A DNA stretch of 64,000 nucleotides from an uncultured Gammaproteobacteria bacterium (GTDB taxonomy: Bacteria; Pseudomonadota; Gammaproteobacteria; DRLM01), in NCBI GenBank assembly GCA_963729605.1, contig CAVSNY010000003.1, forward strand, positions 128,001 through 192,000. Direction: 5' to 3'. Of this stretch, positions 31,944-41,306 are shown piece by piece (position 1 is the stretch's first letter; every line of letters begins with the position of its first letter). Position numbers and translations under genes: made by a program. Under the pieces are notes generated by a model. The model saw nothing but the letters and a program-made list of their open reading frames with translations. It was not told the origin of the DNA and made no database searches.

Positions 31944-32771
31944 TTATTTGCGCGGCTGGTTGAAGCGCTCGCCCAACACCGCCACCAGGCTGGACGAGGC
32001 GCTCCAGTACACCTCGGCCAGCGCCAGTACCGGCGCGAGCAGATCGGAGCGCGGCGCATGGGTATGGCCGGTGAGGTGTTGGCGCAACGCGGCGCGTTGC
32101 AGCACGCCCAATAATTTATTGTGGAGGTCCACCACCGGCGCGGCGGTACTGCGGTCCCACAGGGGATGATGGACGATAGACGCCAGCGGCGCCTCGGCCG
32201 GCAAGGCCGGGGTGGATTCGTTGATGAGCGCGCTCACCCGCAACTCGTCGCGCCCGGTGAGCAGGCCGTGCAGCGATACCGTGCCGAGGAAATATTGATC
32301 TTGATCCACCACCGGCAGGTCGGTCAGCGTATTGGCGGGGAGTTGTTTGAATTCGCGCAGGCCGTAGCGGACGGTCCAGTCATCGCGCAGCGACAACGGC
32401 GGCGTGGACAACAGGCTGCCCACCGTGCCGGCCGGAAAGCGGATGACGCGCGCCAGTTGCGCGGTGAGTTTGGCGGGCAGGGCGGCGAACAGCGCGTCAC
32501 GCTGCGCGGTGGCGAGCGGGCGGAGCAGGCCGGCGGTCTCGGTGAGTTTGAGTTGGGAAAAAATCGCGGCGGCGTGTTGCGGCTCCAGCAGCGGGATGAT
32601 GCGCGCCGCGCGTTCCGGCAGCATGTTTTGCAGCAGGGCCGCGGCGCCGGGCGCGGGCAGGTTCATGAGAAAGGCCGCCACCCCCGCGGCCGGCAGCCGC
32701 ATCAGCACCGCCGCGGCGTCGGCCGGGCGCTGCTCGCAGAACAGTTGGCTAAGTGCCGCGTCGCTGTTCAT
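31944..32771 (-). CDS. Soluble MgtE-N + CBS domain protein
   Basis: Helical repeat N-terminus, FPAGTVGSL linker, two CBS-like PVVD motifs, no clear TM domain. Confidence 0.72.
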   Translation of the reverse strand: MNSDAALSQLFCEQRPADAAAVLMRLPAAGVAAFLMNLPAPGAAALLQNMLPERAARIIPLLEPQHAAAIFSQLKLTETAGLLRPLATAQRDALFAALPAKLTAQLARVIRFPAGTVGSLLSTPPLSLRDDWTVRYGLREFKQLPANTLTDLPVVDQDQYFLGTVSLHGLLTGRDELRVSALINESTPALPAEAPLASIVHHPLWDRSTAAPVVDLHNKLLGVLQRAALRQHLTGHTHAPRSDLLAPVLALAEVYWSASSSLVAVLGERFNQPRK

Positions 32772-33603
32772 GCTCGGGCGGTTTTTCCAGACGGGAGGAC
32801 GGTTCGCTCAGGAACAGCGCGGTGGGTACGTGACAACGGCCCTGCGCCGTTTCCAGCACCACGCTGACGGTAGTGATTTGTTCGATGCGACCGTGCAACG
32901 CGCCGATGGTGATGTTATCGCCGATCTGATACATCTGCCGCGCGTAGTGCGCGGCCAGGATGTTGGCCACGACCTGACGCGAGCCGAGGCCGAAGGCCAG
33001 CGCCATGCCGCCGAAGATCATGCCGAGCGTCACGCCGACGATCACCACCAGGAAGGTGACGTTGATGCCCATTTGATCGATACCGATCACCACCGCCATG
33101 CTGAAGATCAGGATTTGCACCGAGCGGCCCAGCACGTCGGCGTAGGCGAGTTGCGCGGTGCTGGCGGCGGCGCTCACCAGGTCCTTGGCCATCAGGCTGA
33201 ACACGAATCCGGCGAGCAGGATCAGCAGGCCGGCCAGCAGGGCGGGGAGATAGGCCACCACGTTGCTGAGCCAATCGGTGAAGATGCCCAGCCCCAACAC
33301 CTGAGTGGCGGCGGTGAGGAATAACAGGATGATCGCCCAATACACGATGGCGCCCACCGCCTTGATGGAGCGCTCTTCCATCAGGTGGCCCCGCGACGCG
33401 TGGCGGCGCGACATATTATTGAGTGAGCGGCCGAGCAGACGCAGGCCGCGTTCGGCGAGGCTCCGCAGCAATTTGGCCAGCAGCCAGCCGACCAGCACCA
33501 CCGCGACGGCGCCCAGCATATTGGGCAGCAGGCGGATCAGGCCCGCCACCGCCTGGGTTACCGTGTCTTTTACAACCAGCAGCCAGCTGCTCTCGGCTTC
33601 CAT
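32749..33603 (-). CDS. Small-conductance mechanosensitive channel (MscS/CmpX TM-helix type)
   Basis: Repeated LP-l-aA TM hairpins, ALAFGLGS, NILA, IGDNI. Confidence 0.85.
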   Translation of the reverse strand: MEAESSWLLVVKDTVTQAVAGLIRLLPNMLGAVAVVLVGWLLAKLLRSLAERGLRLLGRSLNNMSRRHASRGHLMEERSIKAVGAIVYWAIILLFLTAATQVLGLGIFTDWLSNVVAYLPALLAGLLILLAGFVFSLMAKDLVSAAASTAQLAYADVLGRSVQILIFSMAVVIGIDQMGINVTFLVVIVGVTLGMIFGGMALAFGLGSRQVVANILAAHYARQMYQIGDNITIGALHGRIEQITTVSVVLETAQGRCHVPTALFLSEPSSRLEKPPEHEQRRGT

Positions 33604-33909
33604 GGCGGCTCCATAATGGCCATCTCGTAAACTTGGGGTAAGGTAGGGCGCGGCGGGGTGGATAGCGGTCGCGGCCGCGCGCATTATTGTGTATCTTACT
33701 CAGAACGTCGTGAGTAAAGCCACCGCTTTACCGCAAGCTTTCCAGAGCGACAGTGAGAATATTTGGATAGGTGGGGTCACCCGGGACGATGGGATTATTT
33801 CCGACTCGGCATTGACCGGCTTGAAAACCCCGTTGCGATTCGAGAAAAACTGCATAGCCGCGTAAGCCAAACCTCGGCCGTTCGATATTGAAAAAACCTC
33901 ACACGTCCG

Positions 33910-34020
33910 CTTTCCCGCGCGCGGGGAAAGGGAGATAAGAGGGGCGCCCTCGCAGAGTGATGACGGTCATCCGGCGCCCTCACCCCGGCCCCTCCCGCCC
34001 GCGGGAAAGGGGCTTGGGAA
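33910..34020. repeat. CCCTC/GGGAGAGGG-type palindromic repeats
   Basis: CCCTCACCCCGGCCCCTCCCGCCCGCGGGAAAGGGG plus an upstream inverted partner. Confidence 0.55.
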
Positions 34021-34097
34021 TGGCTGATCGGTCATGCGGTGCGGCATGACCGATGGCCGAACTGGTACTGCAATTCCGCTCGAGAAGGAGGCGCCTT

Positions 34098-34670
34098 ATG
34101 TTCACGCAACGGAGTTATTCGAGGATCATGCTGGGCCTGGGTGTGGTGCTGGCCTTGGCGGCGTGTTCCGGTAAAAATGTGGTGGAAAGCGATCTGCATC
34201 TCAAGGGCGTGCCGGACTGGGTGAACGAAGGCACCCAGATACTCAAGACCGGCGACGGCCGATTATTCCACGGCGTCGGTTCCGCGCCGGCCTTGGGCGA
34301 CATGTCGCTGCAGACCTCCACCGCGGACAACCGCGCCCGCGCCGAACTGGCCCGCGTGTTGTCGTCGTATATGAACGTGGTGTCCAGCGATTACCTCGCC
34401 TCCAGCGGCAAGGGCGACGACCCGGCGGTGGACCAGGCGGTGTCGCAGCAGATCGAGAACATCACCCGCGTCAATCTGAGCGGCGCCAAGATCATCGGCC
34501 GCTGGCGCGATGTGAAAAGCAATATGATTTATTCCCTCGCCGAACTGGATTTCCAACAAGTCAAATCCACGGTGCGCGGTGTGGAGGAAATGAATACCGG
34601 TCTCAACCGCTATGTGGACAGCCATGGCGAGACGATTTTTGACAAGCTGGCGGAGGAACGCAAGAAATGA
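34098..34670 (+). CDS. Lipoprotein, LPP20-like
   Basis: Lipobox LAAC; PDWV...GVGSA...ADNRARAELA. Confidence 0.75.
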   Translation: MFTQRSYSRIMLGLGVVLALAACSGKNVVESDLHLKGVPDWVNEGTQILKTGDGRLFHGVGSAPALGDMSLQTSTADNRARAELARVLSSYMNVVSSDYLASSGKGDDPAVDQAVSQQIENITRVNLSGAKIIGRWRDVKSNMIYSLAELDFQQVKSTVRGVEEMNTGLNRYVDSHGETIFDKLAEERKK

Positions 34671-35269
34671 TCACGTTATTGAAACGGGTAACTTTGTTGC
34701 TGGTGGCGGGCATGGTGTTGACGGCCTGCGCGACCAAGGTGGAGCGCATCGCCCCCGATGAAGTGAGAGATCTCAGCGGGCGCTGGAACGACACCGATTC
34801 GCGGCTGGTGTCGGAAGAGATGATCGACGACGTGTTGTCGCGCGCCTGGCTCGGCGAATTCACCGGCCAACGCAAGCGCGATCCGGCGGTGATCGTCGGC
34901 GAGATCCGCAACCTCAGTCACGAGCACATCAACATGCAGACCTTCGTCAGCGATATGGAACGCAGTTTGATCAATTCCGGCAAGGTGGTGTTCGTCGCCT
35001 CCAGCGAGGAACGCAAGGGCGTCCGCCAGGAGCGCGGCGATCAAGACCTCAACGCCAGCGAAGAGACCCGCAACCCGATGGGCCAGGAGCGCGGCGCCGA
35101 CTTCATGTTGAAAGGCACCATCAGCACCATCCTCGATACCGAAGGGAAGAGGCAAGTCCGCTTCTATCAGGTGGACCTCAATCTGATCAGCCTCGCCGAC
35201 AACCGCAAGGTGTGGGTCGGACAGAAGAAGATCAAGAAATACGTCACCGGCGCGAGCGTAAGGCCGTAA
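34667..35269 (+). CDS. LpoB/CsgG-fold lipoprotein (LpoB-like)
   Basis: Lipobox LTAC; DLSGRWNDTDS, IRNLSHEHI, GADFMLKG, KVW...IKK. Confidence 0.78.
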   Translation: MITLLKRVTLLLVAGMVLTACATKVERIAPDEVRDLSGRWNDTDSRLVSEEMIDDVLSRAWLGEFTGQRKRDPAVIVGEIRNLSHEHINMQTFVSDMERSLINSGKVVFVASSEERKGVRQERGDQDLNASEETRNPMGQERGADFMLKGTISTILDTEGKRQVRFYQVDLNLISLADNRKVWVGQKKIKKYVTGASVRP

Positions 35270-35293
35270 GCTAAGGTGCATTAGGCGGCCGCC

Positions 35294-36646
35294 GTGTTGC
35301 GTGCGTGGTCATGGGCGTTCCGAATGGGCGCCGCCGCGGCTTTGGCCGTGATGCAGGGCTGCGCCACCTACAGCGACGGCATCAGTCGCATGGAAACGCT
35401 GATCGCCGCCGGCCAGCCGGCCGCCGCCCTCAAATCCCTCGACGAACAAGCCTCCTCCCGCCAGGACGAGGTGTTGTATCTGCTCAACAAGGCCGTCCTG
35501 CTCCATCAGGCCGGCGACTATCCGGGCAGCAACGCCGCCTTGGAACAGGCCAAGCCGCTCATGGAAAAATACGCGGTGTTGAGCGTGACGGAACAGGCGG
35601 GCGCCTTGGCGGTGAATGACGCCATGCGCGCCTACGGCGGTGCGAATTACGAACGTATCTACACCCACATCTTCGCCGCGCTCAACTATCTCGCCCTCGG
35701 TCAACTCGGCCAGGCGCGGGTCGAGGCGCTGCAAATGGATGACGCGCTCAGGCAAATTCCCGAGGGGACGCCGGCGCCCGGCGGCTTCGCCCGTTATCTG
35801 TCGGGCTTGATCTTCGAATCCTTGGGCGAGTGGGACGATGCGATGATCGCCTATCGCGACGCCTATGAAGCCTATCGCGCCTATCCCGCTAATGCCGTGC
35901 CGCCGCCCGAGAGTCTGCGCCGCGATTTGCTGCGGGTGGCCGTGCGCCAGAATTTGAGCGACGAAGCGGCGCGTTATCGCGAGGACTTCGGCGTGAAGGA
36001 AAACGAACGCGGCGATGACTTGGACGGCAAAGGCGAGGTGGTGTTGATTTTGGAAAGCGGCCTCGCGCCTTTGAAACGGGATGTCGTCACCGGCGTTTAC
36101 GCGAATGACGGCCGGCTGGTGACGGTGGCCCTGCCTTATTACCAATCGCGCACGCCGACGGTGACCGGCGCCACCTTGTCCGCGAGCGGCGGGCCGACGG
36201 CCCACGGCGAATTGGTGGAGGACGTGCAGCGCATGGCCTTGGCCGAACTGGAGCGCGAGATGCCGGCGATCGTCGCCCGCGCGGTCGGCCGCGCGGTGGT
36301 GAAGAATAAAACCATCAAACAAACCGAGCGGCAAGGCAACGACGCCCTCGGTCTGCTGGTGAACGTGGCGGGACTGCTCACCGAACGCGCCGACACCCGC
36401 AGCTGGTCCACCTTGCCCAGCCGCTTCTATGTCGCGCGCCTGCCGCTGACGCCCGGCCGGTATCAGCTCACCTTGCAAGTGCGCGATGCCGCCGGTGTGA
36501 CGGTCGGGACGCGGGAGTACAATGACATCGTCATCGACGTGGGGACCAAGCGCTTCATCGTCGAACATTGGGTGGTGCCGGCGGATCTGCTGCCGCGCCC
36601 GCTCACTCATCGGCCCGCGGCCGCCGATCCGCCGCGCCGCAATTAA
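35294..36646 (+). CDS. TPR-like lipoprotein (COG3014-like)
   Basis: Lipobox-like MQGC; helical repeats, YGGANYE, ERADTRSWSTLP. Confidence 0.72.
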   Translation: MLRAWSWAFRMGAAAALAVMQGCATYSDGISRMETLIAAGQPAAALKSLDEQASSRQDEVLYLLNKAVLLHQAGDYPGSNAALEQAKPLMEKYAVLSVTEQAGALAVNDAMRAYGGANYERIYTHIFAALNYLALGQLGQARVEALQMDDALRQIPEGTPAPGGFARYLSGLIFESLGEWDDAMIAYRDAYEAYRAYPANAVPPPESLRRDLLRVAVRQNLSDEAARYREDFGVKENERGDDLDGKGEVVLILESGLAPLKRDVVTGVYANDGRLVTVALPYYQSRTPTVTGATLSASGGPTAHGELVEDVQRMALAELEREMPAIVARAVGRAVVKNKTIKQTERQGNDALGLLVNVAGLLTERADTRSWSTLPSRFYVARLPLTPGRYQLTLQVRDAAGVTVGTREYNDIVIDVGTKRFIVEHWVVPADLLPRPLTHRPAAADPPRRN

Positions 36647-36658
36647 GGGGACGTCATC

Positions 36659-37678
36659 ATGCGCCTTTGCCGTATTCCTCTCTGGTTTTTGTTGGGTTTG
36701 GGTCTGCTGGCGTGCAGCGCGGGGGTGAAGGACGCCGGCAAGCGGACGCCGGATTGGATCGCCGGCGAAAGCGCGCGTTTTTCCTCCAATCAGTATTTAT
36801 TGGGACGCGGCTCCGACGCGAGGTTGGATAACGCCAAAGACCGCGCCCGCGCCGATCTCGCCAAGACGTTTCAAGTGGCGGTGAGCGAGGAGAGCAGCGA
36901 CGTGCAGCGATTTCAGCGCAAGACGGAAGATCAACGCAGCGAAGAACTGCAATCGCTCGACATCTCGCGCGCGGTGCGGACTCGCAGCGAGGCCTTGATC
37001 AGCGGCATCGAAATCGCCGATATCTGGCGCGACCCGCTCAGCCGGGACTATTACGCCCTGGCGGTCTTGCCGCGCGCCCAATCGGCGCGCGGCCTGCGCC
37101 AGGACATTCAAGCGCTGGACGAGGCCACGCGCGGCCATATCGCGCGGGCCCGCGAGCAGGGCGATCCCTTGGACAAGGCGGGCGCATCGGCCAAGGCGGT
37201 GGCCGCGCAGCGGGAGCGTGCCGAATATCAACGCATGTTGCGGGTGGTCGATAGCAGCGGACAGGGCATCCCCGCGCCGTGGAATCTCGCCGAGTTGGAG
37301 GCCGATCTCGCCACCTTGCTGCAGCGGGTGACCGTCGCGCCGCGCGCCGGCGGTCGCGATAGTGAAAATTTGCTGCCTGCCTTGCGCGCCGCGCTGGCCG
37401 ACAGCGGTTTCCGCGCGGCCGACGATGCCGCGGATTATGTGCTAGAAGCCGCGCTGAACTTGCATGCACTCGGCCAGCGCGAAGGCTGGTATTGGTATGC
37501 CGGCAGTTTGGAACTGGTGTTGCGTGATAACGCGGGACGCGTGCGCGCCTCCCAGCGCTGGAATATCAAAGAATCCGCCAAACTGGATACGCTGGCGCGT
37601 CAGCGCGCCGCTGACAAGGCGGCGGAGATTCTAAAGCGGGAATTACGCGCGAGCTTATTGGGCTTTGCCGGCGGCTGA
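36659..37678 (+). CDS. LPP20-domain lipoprotein
   Basis: Lipobox LLAC; PDWI...YLLGRG...AKDRARADLA. Confidence 0.72.
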   Translation: MRLCRIPLWFLLGLGLLACSAGVKDAGKRTPDWIAGESARFSSNQYLLGRGSDARLDNAKDRARADLAKTFQVAVSEESSDVQRFQRKTEDQRSEELQSLDISRAVRTRSEALISGIEIADIWRDPLSRDYYALAVLPRAQSARGLRQDIQALDEATRGHIARAREQGDPLDKAGASAKAVAAQRERAEYQRMLRVVDSSGQGIPAPWNLAELEADLATLLQRVTVAPRAGGRDSENLLPALRAALADSGFRAADDAADYVLEAALNLHALGQREGWYWYAGSLELVLRDNAGRVRASQRWNIKESAKLDTLARQRAADKAAEILKRELRASLLGFAGG

Positions 37679-37770
37679 GCGGCGCGGGTCGTTACGGCTT
37701 GGGTCCGGGGCAGTGTTGAATACCAGGCATCTCAAAATCGATTTTGACGATGGAATACGTTCGACGGACC

Positions 37771-38050
37771 GTTAACGGCGGCTTGCAAACCCTGTTGCGA
37801 TCCCCTCTCCCCCAACCCCTCTCCCGCGAGGGGAGAGGGGTAAGATGGCTCTGCATGATCGTTACCAAGGTTCGCTCTCCGGGCCGTTAACGCCGGCTTG
37901 AAAAGCCTGTTGCGATTTTGCGAAGGTGATCGGAGCATATCCCCCTCTCTCCCACCCATCTCCCACGAGGGGAGAGGGGATAAAGATGGCTCTGCATGGG
38001 CGTTACCAAGGTTCGCTTTCCCCTCGCGGGAGAGGGACAGGGAGAGGGAG
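37771..38050. repeat. Diverged tandem duplication containing CCCCTCTCCC..GGGGAGAGGGG palindromes
   Basis: GTTAACG.CGGCTTG...CTGTTGCGAT and AAGATGGCTCTGCATG..CGTTACCAAGGTTCGCT each occur twice. Confidence 0.75.
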
Positions 38051-38058
38051 AAAGCTTA

Positions 38059-38604
38059 ATGATGAAAAATAGTCGAGAGCGGTATGGATCGATAACGAAG
38101 GTGTTGCACTGGCTAGTCGCGGTTTTGATCATCGTCATGATTCCGCTGGGCTGGTACATGTCCGGTTTGGATAACGAAGACCCCTGGTATTACCGCTCCC
38201 TGGATTTGCATGTGACGTTGGGAATGCTGGTGTTGGTATTGTTCCTGTTCAAGATCGTCTGGCTGTCGATCAGCCCCAATCCCCGGCTCTCGCCGCAATT
38301 GGCCGCTTGGGAATACCGCGCCGCGCGGTTGTTCCATGCCTTGCTCATCGCCGCGCTGGCTGTGGTGCCGGTACTGGGTTATCTGTCGTTTACCTCGCAG
38401 GGCGACCCGGTCTCCATCTACGAGTGGTTCGAGATTCCAAGTTTGATGGAGTTTTCGAAAGAAAGCGCCAAGCGGCTGGCGTCACTGCATATGTATTTCG
38501 CCTATGCCACCGCGGCCGTCGCGGCCATCCACATCTTGGCCGCGCTCAAACATCACTGCTTGGACAAGGACGATGTCTTGCAGCGGATGGGCTTTCGCCG
38601 CTGA
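38059..38604 (+). CDS. Cytochrome b561 family protein
   Basis: YGSITKVLHW, heme His in LH/FH/LH positions, HILAALKHH. Confidence 0.9.
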   Translation: MMKNSRERYGSITKVLHWLVAVLIIVMIPLGWYMSGLDNEDPWYYRSLDLHVTLGMLVLVLFLFKIVWLSISPNPRLSPQLAAWEYRAARLFHALLIAALAVVPVLGYLSFTSQGDPVSIYEWFEIPSLMEFSKESAKRLASLHMYFAYATAAVAAIHILAALKHHCLDKDDVLQRMGFRR

Positions 38605-38657
38605 ACCGGCAACGGAGCGCAATTCTTCGCCGTACTCACCGCTGCAATAGACCCGCC

Positions 38658-39170
38658 TTAAATTTCCTTGCGGTGTTCATGATGAGATGACGCGTCGCTG
38701 TTTTTGAAATTCGCGAAACGTTCCATGGAAGGCAGGGCCACGCCGCTAAACCAGTATTCACTGATCAGGCGCACCACGTGGAGAAATTTATCGAAATCCA
38801 CCGGTTTGATGATGTACGAATTGCAACGATGCCGATACATGGTCAGGATTTCCTGGTCTTCCGCCGAAGTCGTCAAAATCACGACCGGCAAATGAGCCAA
38901 CTTTGGATCGGCGACCAGTTCGGCGAGCACCTCCCGCCCATCCATGCGCGGCATGTTCAAATCGAGCAAGATCAGATCGGGGGTCGGCGCGTCGGCATAT
39001 TGGCCTTCCTTGCGTAAAAAGGCCATGCATTCAACCCCGTCTTTGGCGTGATGGAGATTGGCCCCCAGTTTGGTCCTTTTGAAACCCAGGCGGGTGAGTT
39101 CCACATCGTTTTCGTTGTCTTCGACCAGGAGGATTTCCGCGGATCTGCTGAGGGTGGGTCCATTGGTCAT
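38658..39170 (-). CDS. Single-domain response regulator (Rcp1-like)
   Basis: LLVEDN, LLDLNMPRMDG, ILTTS, YIIKP. Confidence 0.92.
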   Translation of the reverse strand: MTNGPTLSRSAEILLVEDNENDVELTRLGFKRTKLGANLHHAKDGVECMAFLRKEGQYADAPTPDLILLDLNMPRMDGREVLAELVADPKLAHLPVVILTTSAEDQEILTMYRHRCNSYIIKPVDFDKFLHVVRLISEYWFSGVALPSMERFANFKNSDASSHHEHRKEI

Positions 39171-40741
39171 GAGTCGTACCCCGTTTTTTCAGGAATCGTA
39201 AAGTAGAATCGACTGCCGCGGCCGGGTGTGGATTCCACCCAAATTTTTCCGCCATGGCGATGGACGACGCGGCGACAGACCGCCAGGCCGATCCCGGTTC
39301 CCGGGTATTCCTGCTGATTGTGCAAACGGCGGAATATCTCAAAAATTTTTTCGTAGTATTGCGCCTCGATGCCGATGCCGTTGTCACTCACGCAAAATAC
39401 CCACTCGTCGTTTTGCTGCTCGGCGCTGACATGGATTCGAGGCGGCTCTTCGCCGTGATATTTGAGGGCGTTGCCGATCAGATTATGCAGTAACTGTACT
39501 AACTGCGAACGGTCGCCGATCACCACCGGCAATTTGTCGCAAGTGACCTTGGCGCCTGCTTCGGTAATGGCCGCATCGAGCAGTGAAACGGCATCGTTGA
39601 AAATGTCATGAAACCGCAGTCGGGCCAAAGGTCGGGCCTGCGATTCGATACGGGAATAGGCCAGCAAATCCTGTATCAGGGTGTGCATGAGCTGGATCGA
39701 TTGAACCGTGCGCGAGATCCAGTCGTCGGCCTGGGGATCCAAGCGCCCGCCGTATTCGGCGCGCAGCAATTGCACGAAGCCGCTGATGCTGCGCAGCGGC
39801 GATTGCAAATCATGGGAAGCGATGTAGGCGAATTGTTGCAATTCGATGTTGCTGCGTTCCAGGGCCTCGTTGGAACGCCGAAGTTTTTCGGCTTGCGCGG
39901 TGAGCTCCACCGTACGTTGCTGTACCCGTTGTTCGAGCATTTCGTTAGTTTGCCGCAAGGCGGTTTCCAGCCGCTTGCGCTCGGTGATATCGACGATGAC
40001 GCTGAGGACGAACAGGCCCTCCTCGGTTTCGATGGGATTGAGGCCGATTTCCACGGGGAATTCGCTGCCGTCCTTTCGCATGCCGAACAAGTCGCGCCCT
40101 ATGCCCATGCGGCGGGCCTCGGGCGCGGCGAAGAACCGCGCGCGCATGTCGGGGTGTTTGGCGCGGAAACGTTCAGGAATGAGTTCTTCCACGTGGCGGC
40201 CCAATAACTCCGAACGCGAATAACCGAATAATTTTTCGGTTTCGACGTTGACGATCACAATGGCCCCCGCGGCGTCGATCATCACCATGGCGGTGGGCGC
40301 GGATTCGACGGTGGCGCGAAAACGGTTTTCCAGCCGTTTGCGTTCGGTGATATCGACGATGGCGCTGACGACGAACAAGCCTTGGTCGGTTTCGATGGGG
40401 TTGAGACCGATTTCCACCGGAAATTTACTGCCGTCCTTGCGCAGGCCGAACAAGTCGCGGCCCGCGCCCATTCGCCGCGGACTGGGTTGCCTGAAGAAGG
40501 AGGAACGCAGTTCCGGATGGGCGGCTTGAAATTCCTGAGGTATCAGTAATTCCACCGGACGGCCCAATAATTCATCGCGCCGATAGGTGAAAAGGATCTC
40601 CGCCTCTCTGTTCATCAACACGATTCGGCCTTGGTTGTCGATCATCACGATCGCCATCGGCGCCGATTCGATGATGGCGGTCAGCCGCGCGATGGTGCCC
40701 GCGGCATTCGGCAAATCGCCATTGAATATGGTATGTGGCAT
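39167..40741 (-). CDS. Soluble PAS-PAS histidine kinase
   Basis: Two PAS/PAC units, FAYIASHDLQSPLR H-box, NALKY, DNGIG, GTGIGL. Confidence 0.93.
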   Translation of the reverse strand: MPHTIFNGDLPNAAGTIARLTAIIESAPMAIVMIDNQGRIVLMNREAEILFTYRRDELLGRPVELLIPQEFQAAHPELRSSFFRQPSPRRMGAGRDLFGLRKDGSKFPVEIGLNPIETDQGLFVVSAIVDITERKRLENRFRATVESAPTAMVMIDAAGAIVIVNVETEKLFGYSRSELLGRHVEELIPERFRAKHPDMRARFFAAPEARRMGIGRDLFGMRKDGSEFPVEIGLNPIETEEGLFVLSVIVDITERKRLETALRQTNEMLEQRVQQRTVELTAQAEKLRRSNEALERSNIELQQFAYIASHDLQSPLRSISGFVQLLRAEYGGRLDPQADDWISRTVQSIQLMHTLIQDLLAYSRIESQARPLARLRFHDIFNDAVSLLDAAITEAGAKVTCDKLPVVIGDRSQLVQLLHNLIGNALKYHGEEPPRIHVSAEQQNDEWVFCVSDNGIGIEAQYYEKIFEIFRRLHNQQEYPGTGIGLAVCRRVVHRHGGKIWVESTPGRGSRFYFTIPEKTGYDS

Positions 40742-41306
40742 AAAGTTGCGCCGCCGCCAAGTTAAAAAACAAACTAAACCGACGCCTGCTTGGAAGCAGG
40801 TATCTTCCCTTGATTATCTTAAGCGGCGTTTTTCCCGATCGCCGTCGTTAAAATTTAAATTGCCAACGCGGACAATGATGAATGAGAGCCCTGGCGTTTA
40901 AAATAGGACATATACTGATATTTAGCCAGTGTGCCTTGCTTGGGAATGTGCCGCCGCCAGGGTGGCTACCATATGATTGGTAATGAAATTTCGAGGACGG
41001 TTTTGGGGCGGCGCGATATTCGGTTTGGCGTAGTCGTCTTTAACGATGAAGAAGTATTCACGGTATGCATTTTGGCATTATCGGACGCGGCGTTTTAATT
41101 GAAGCGATGAACGTAGCGAAGCTTATAAGCTTAAATTCTCCGTGGCTTGTCGCGGGGACCGCGATGGGAATTTTCAAGGAGGGGAGCGTAGCGAGGGAGG
41201 ACGCGATTCTCGTCTTGAGCAAGGAGGGGATTGATGCCCGTGCGTAGTCAGACCAATTTACTAGACCGCACTCGATTTAAAGCGGGATGGCGTGACGCGC
41301 AGGAGA

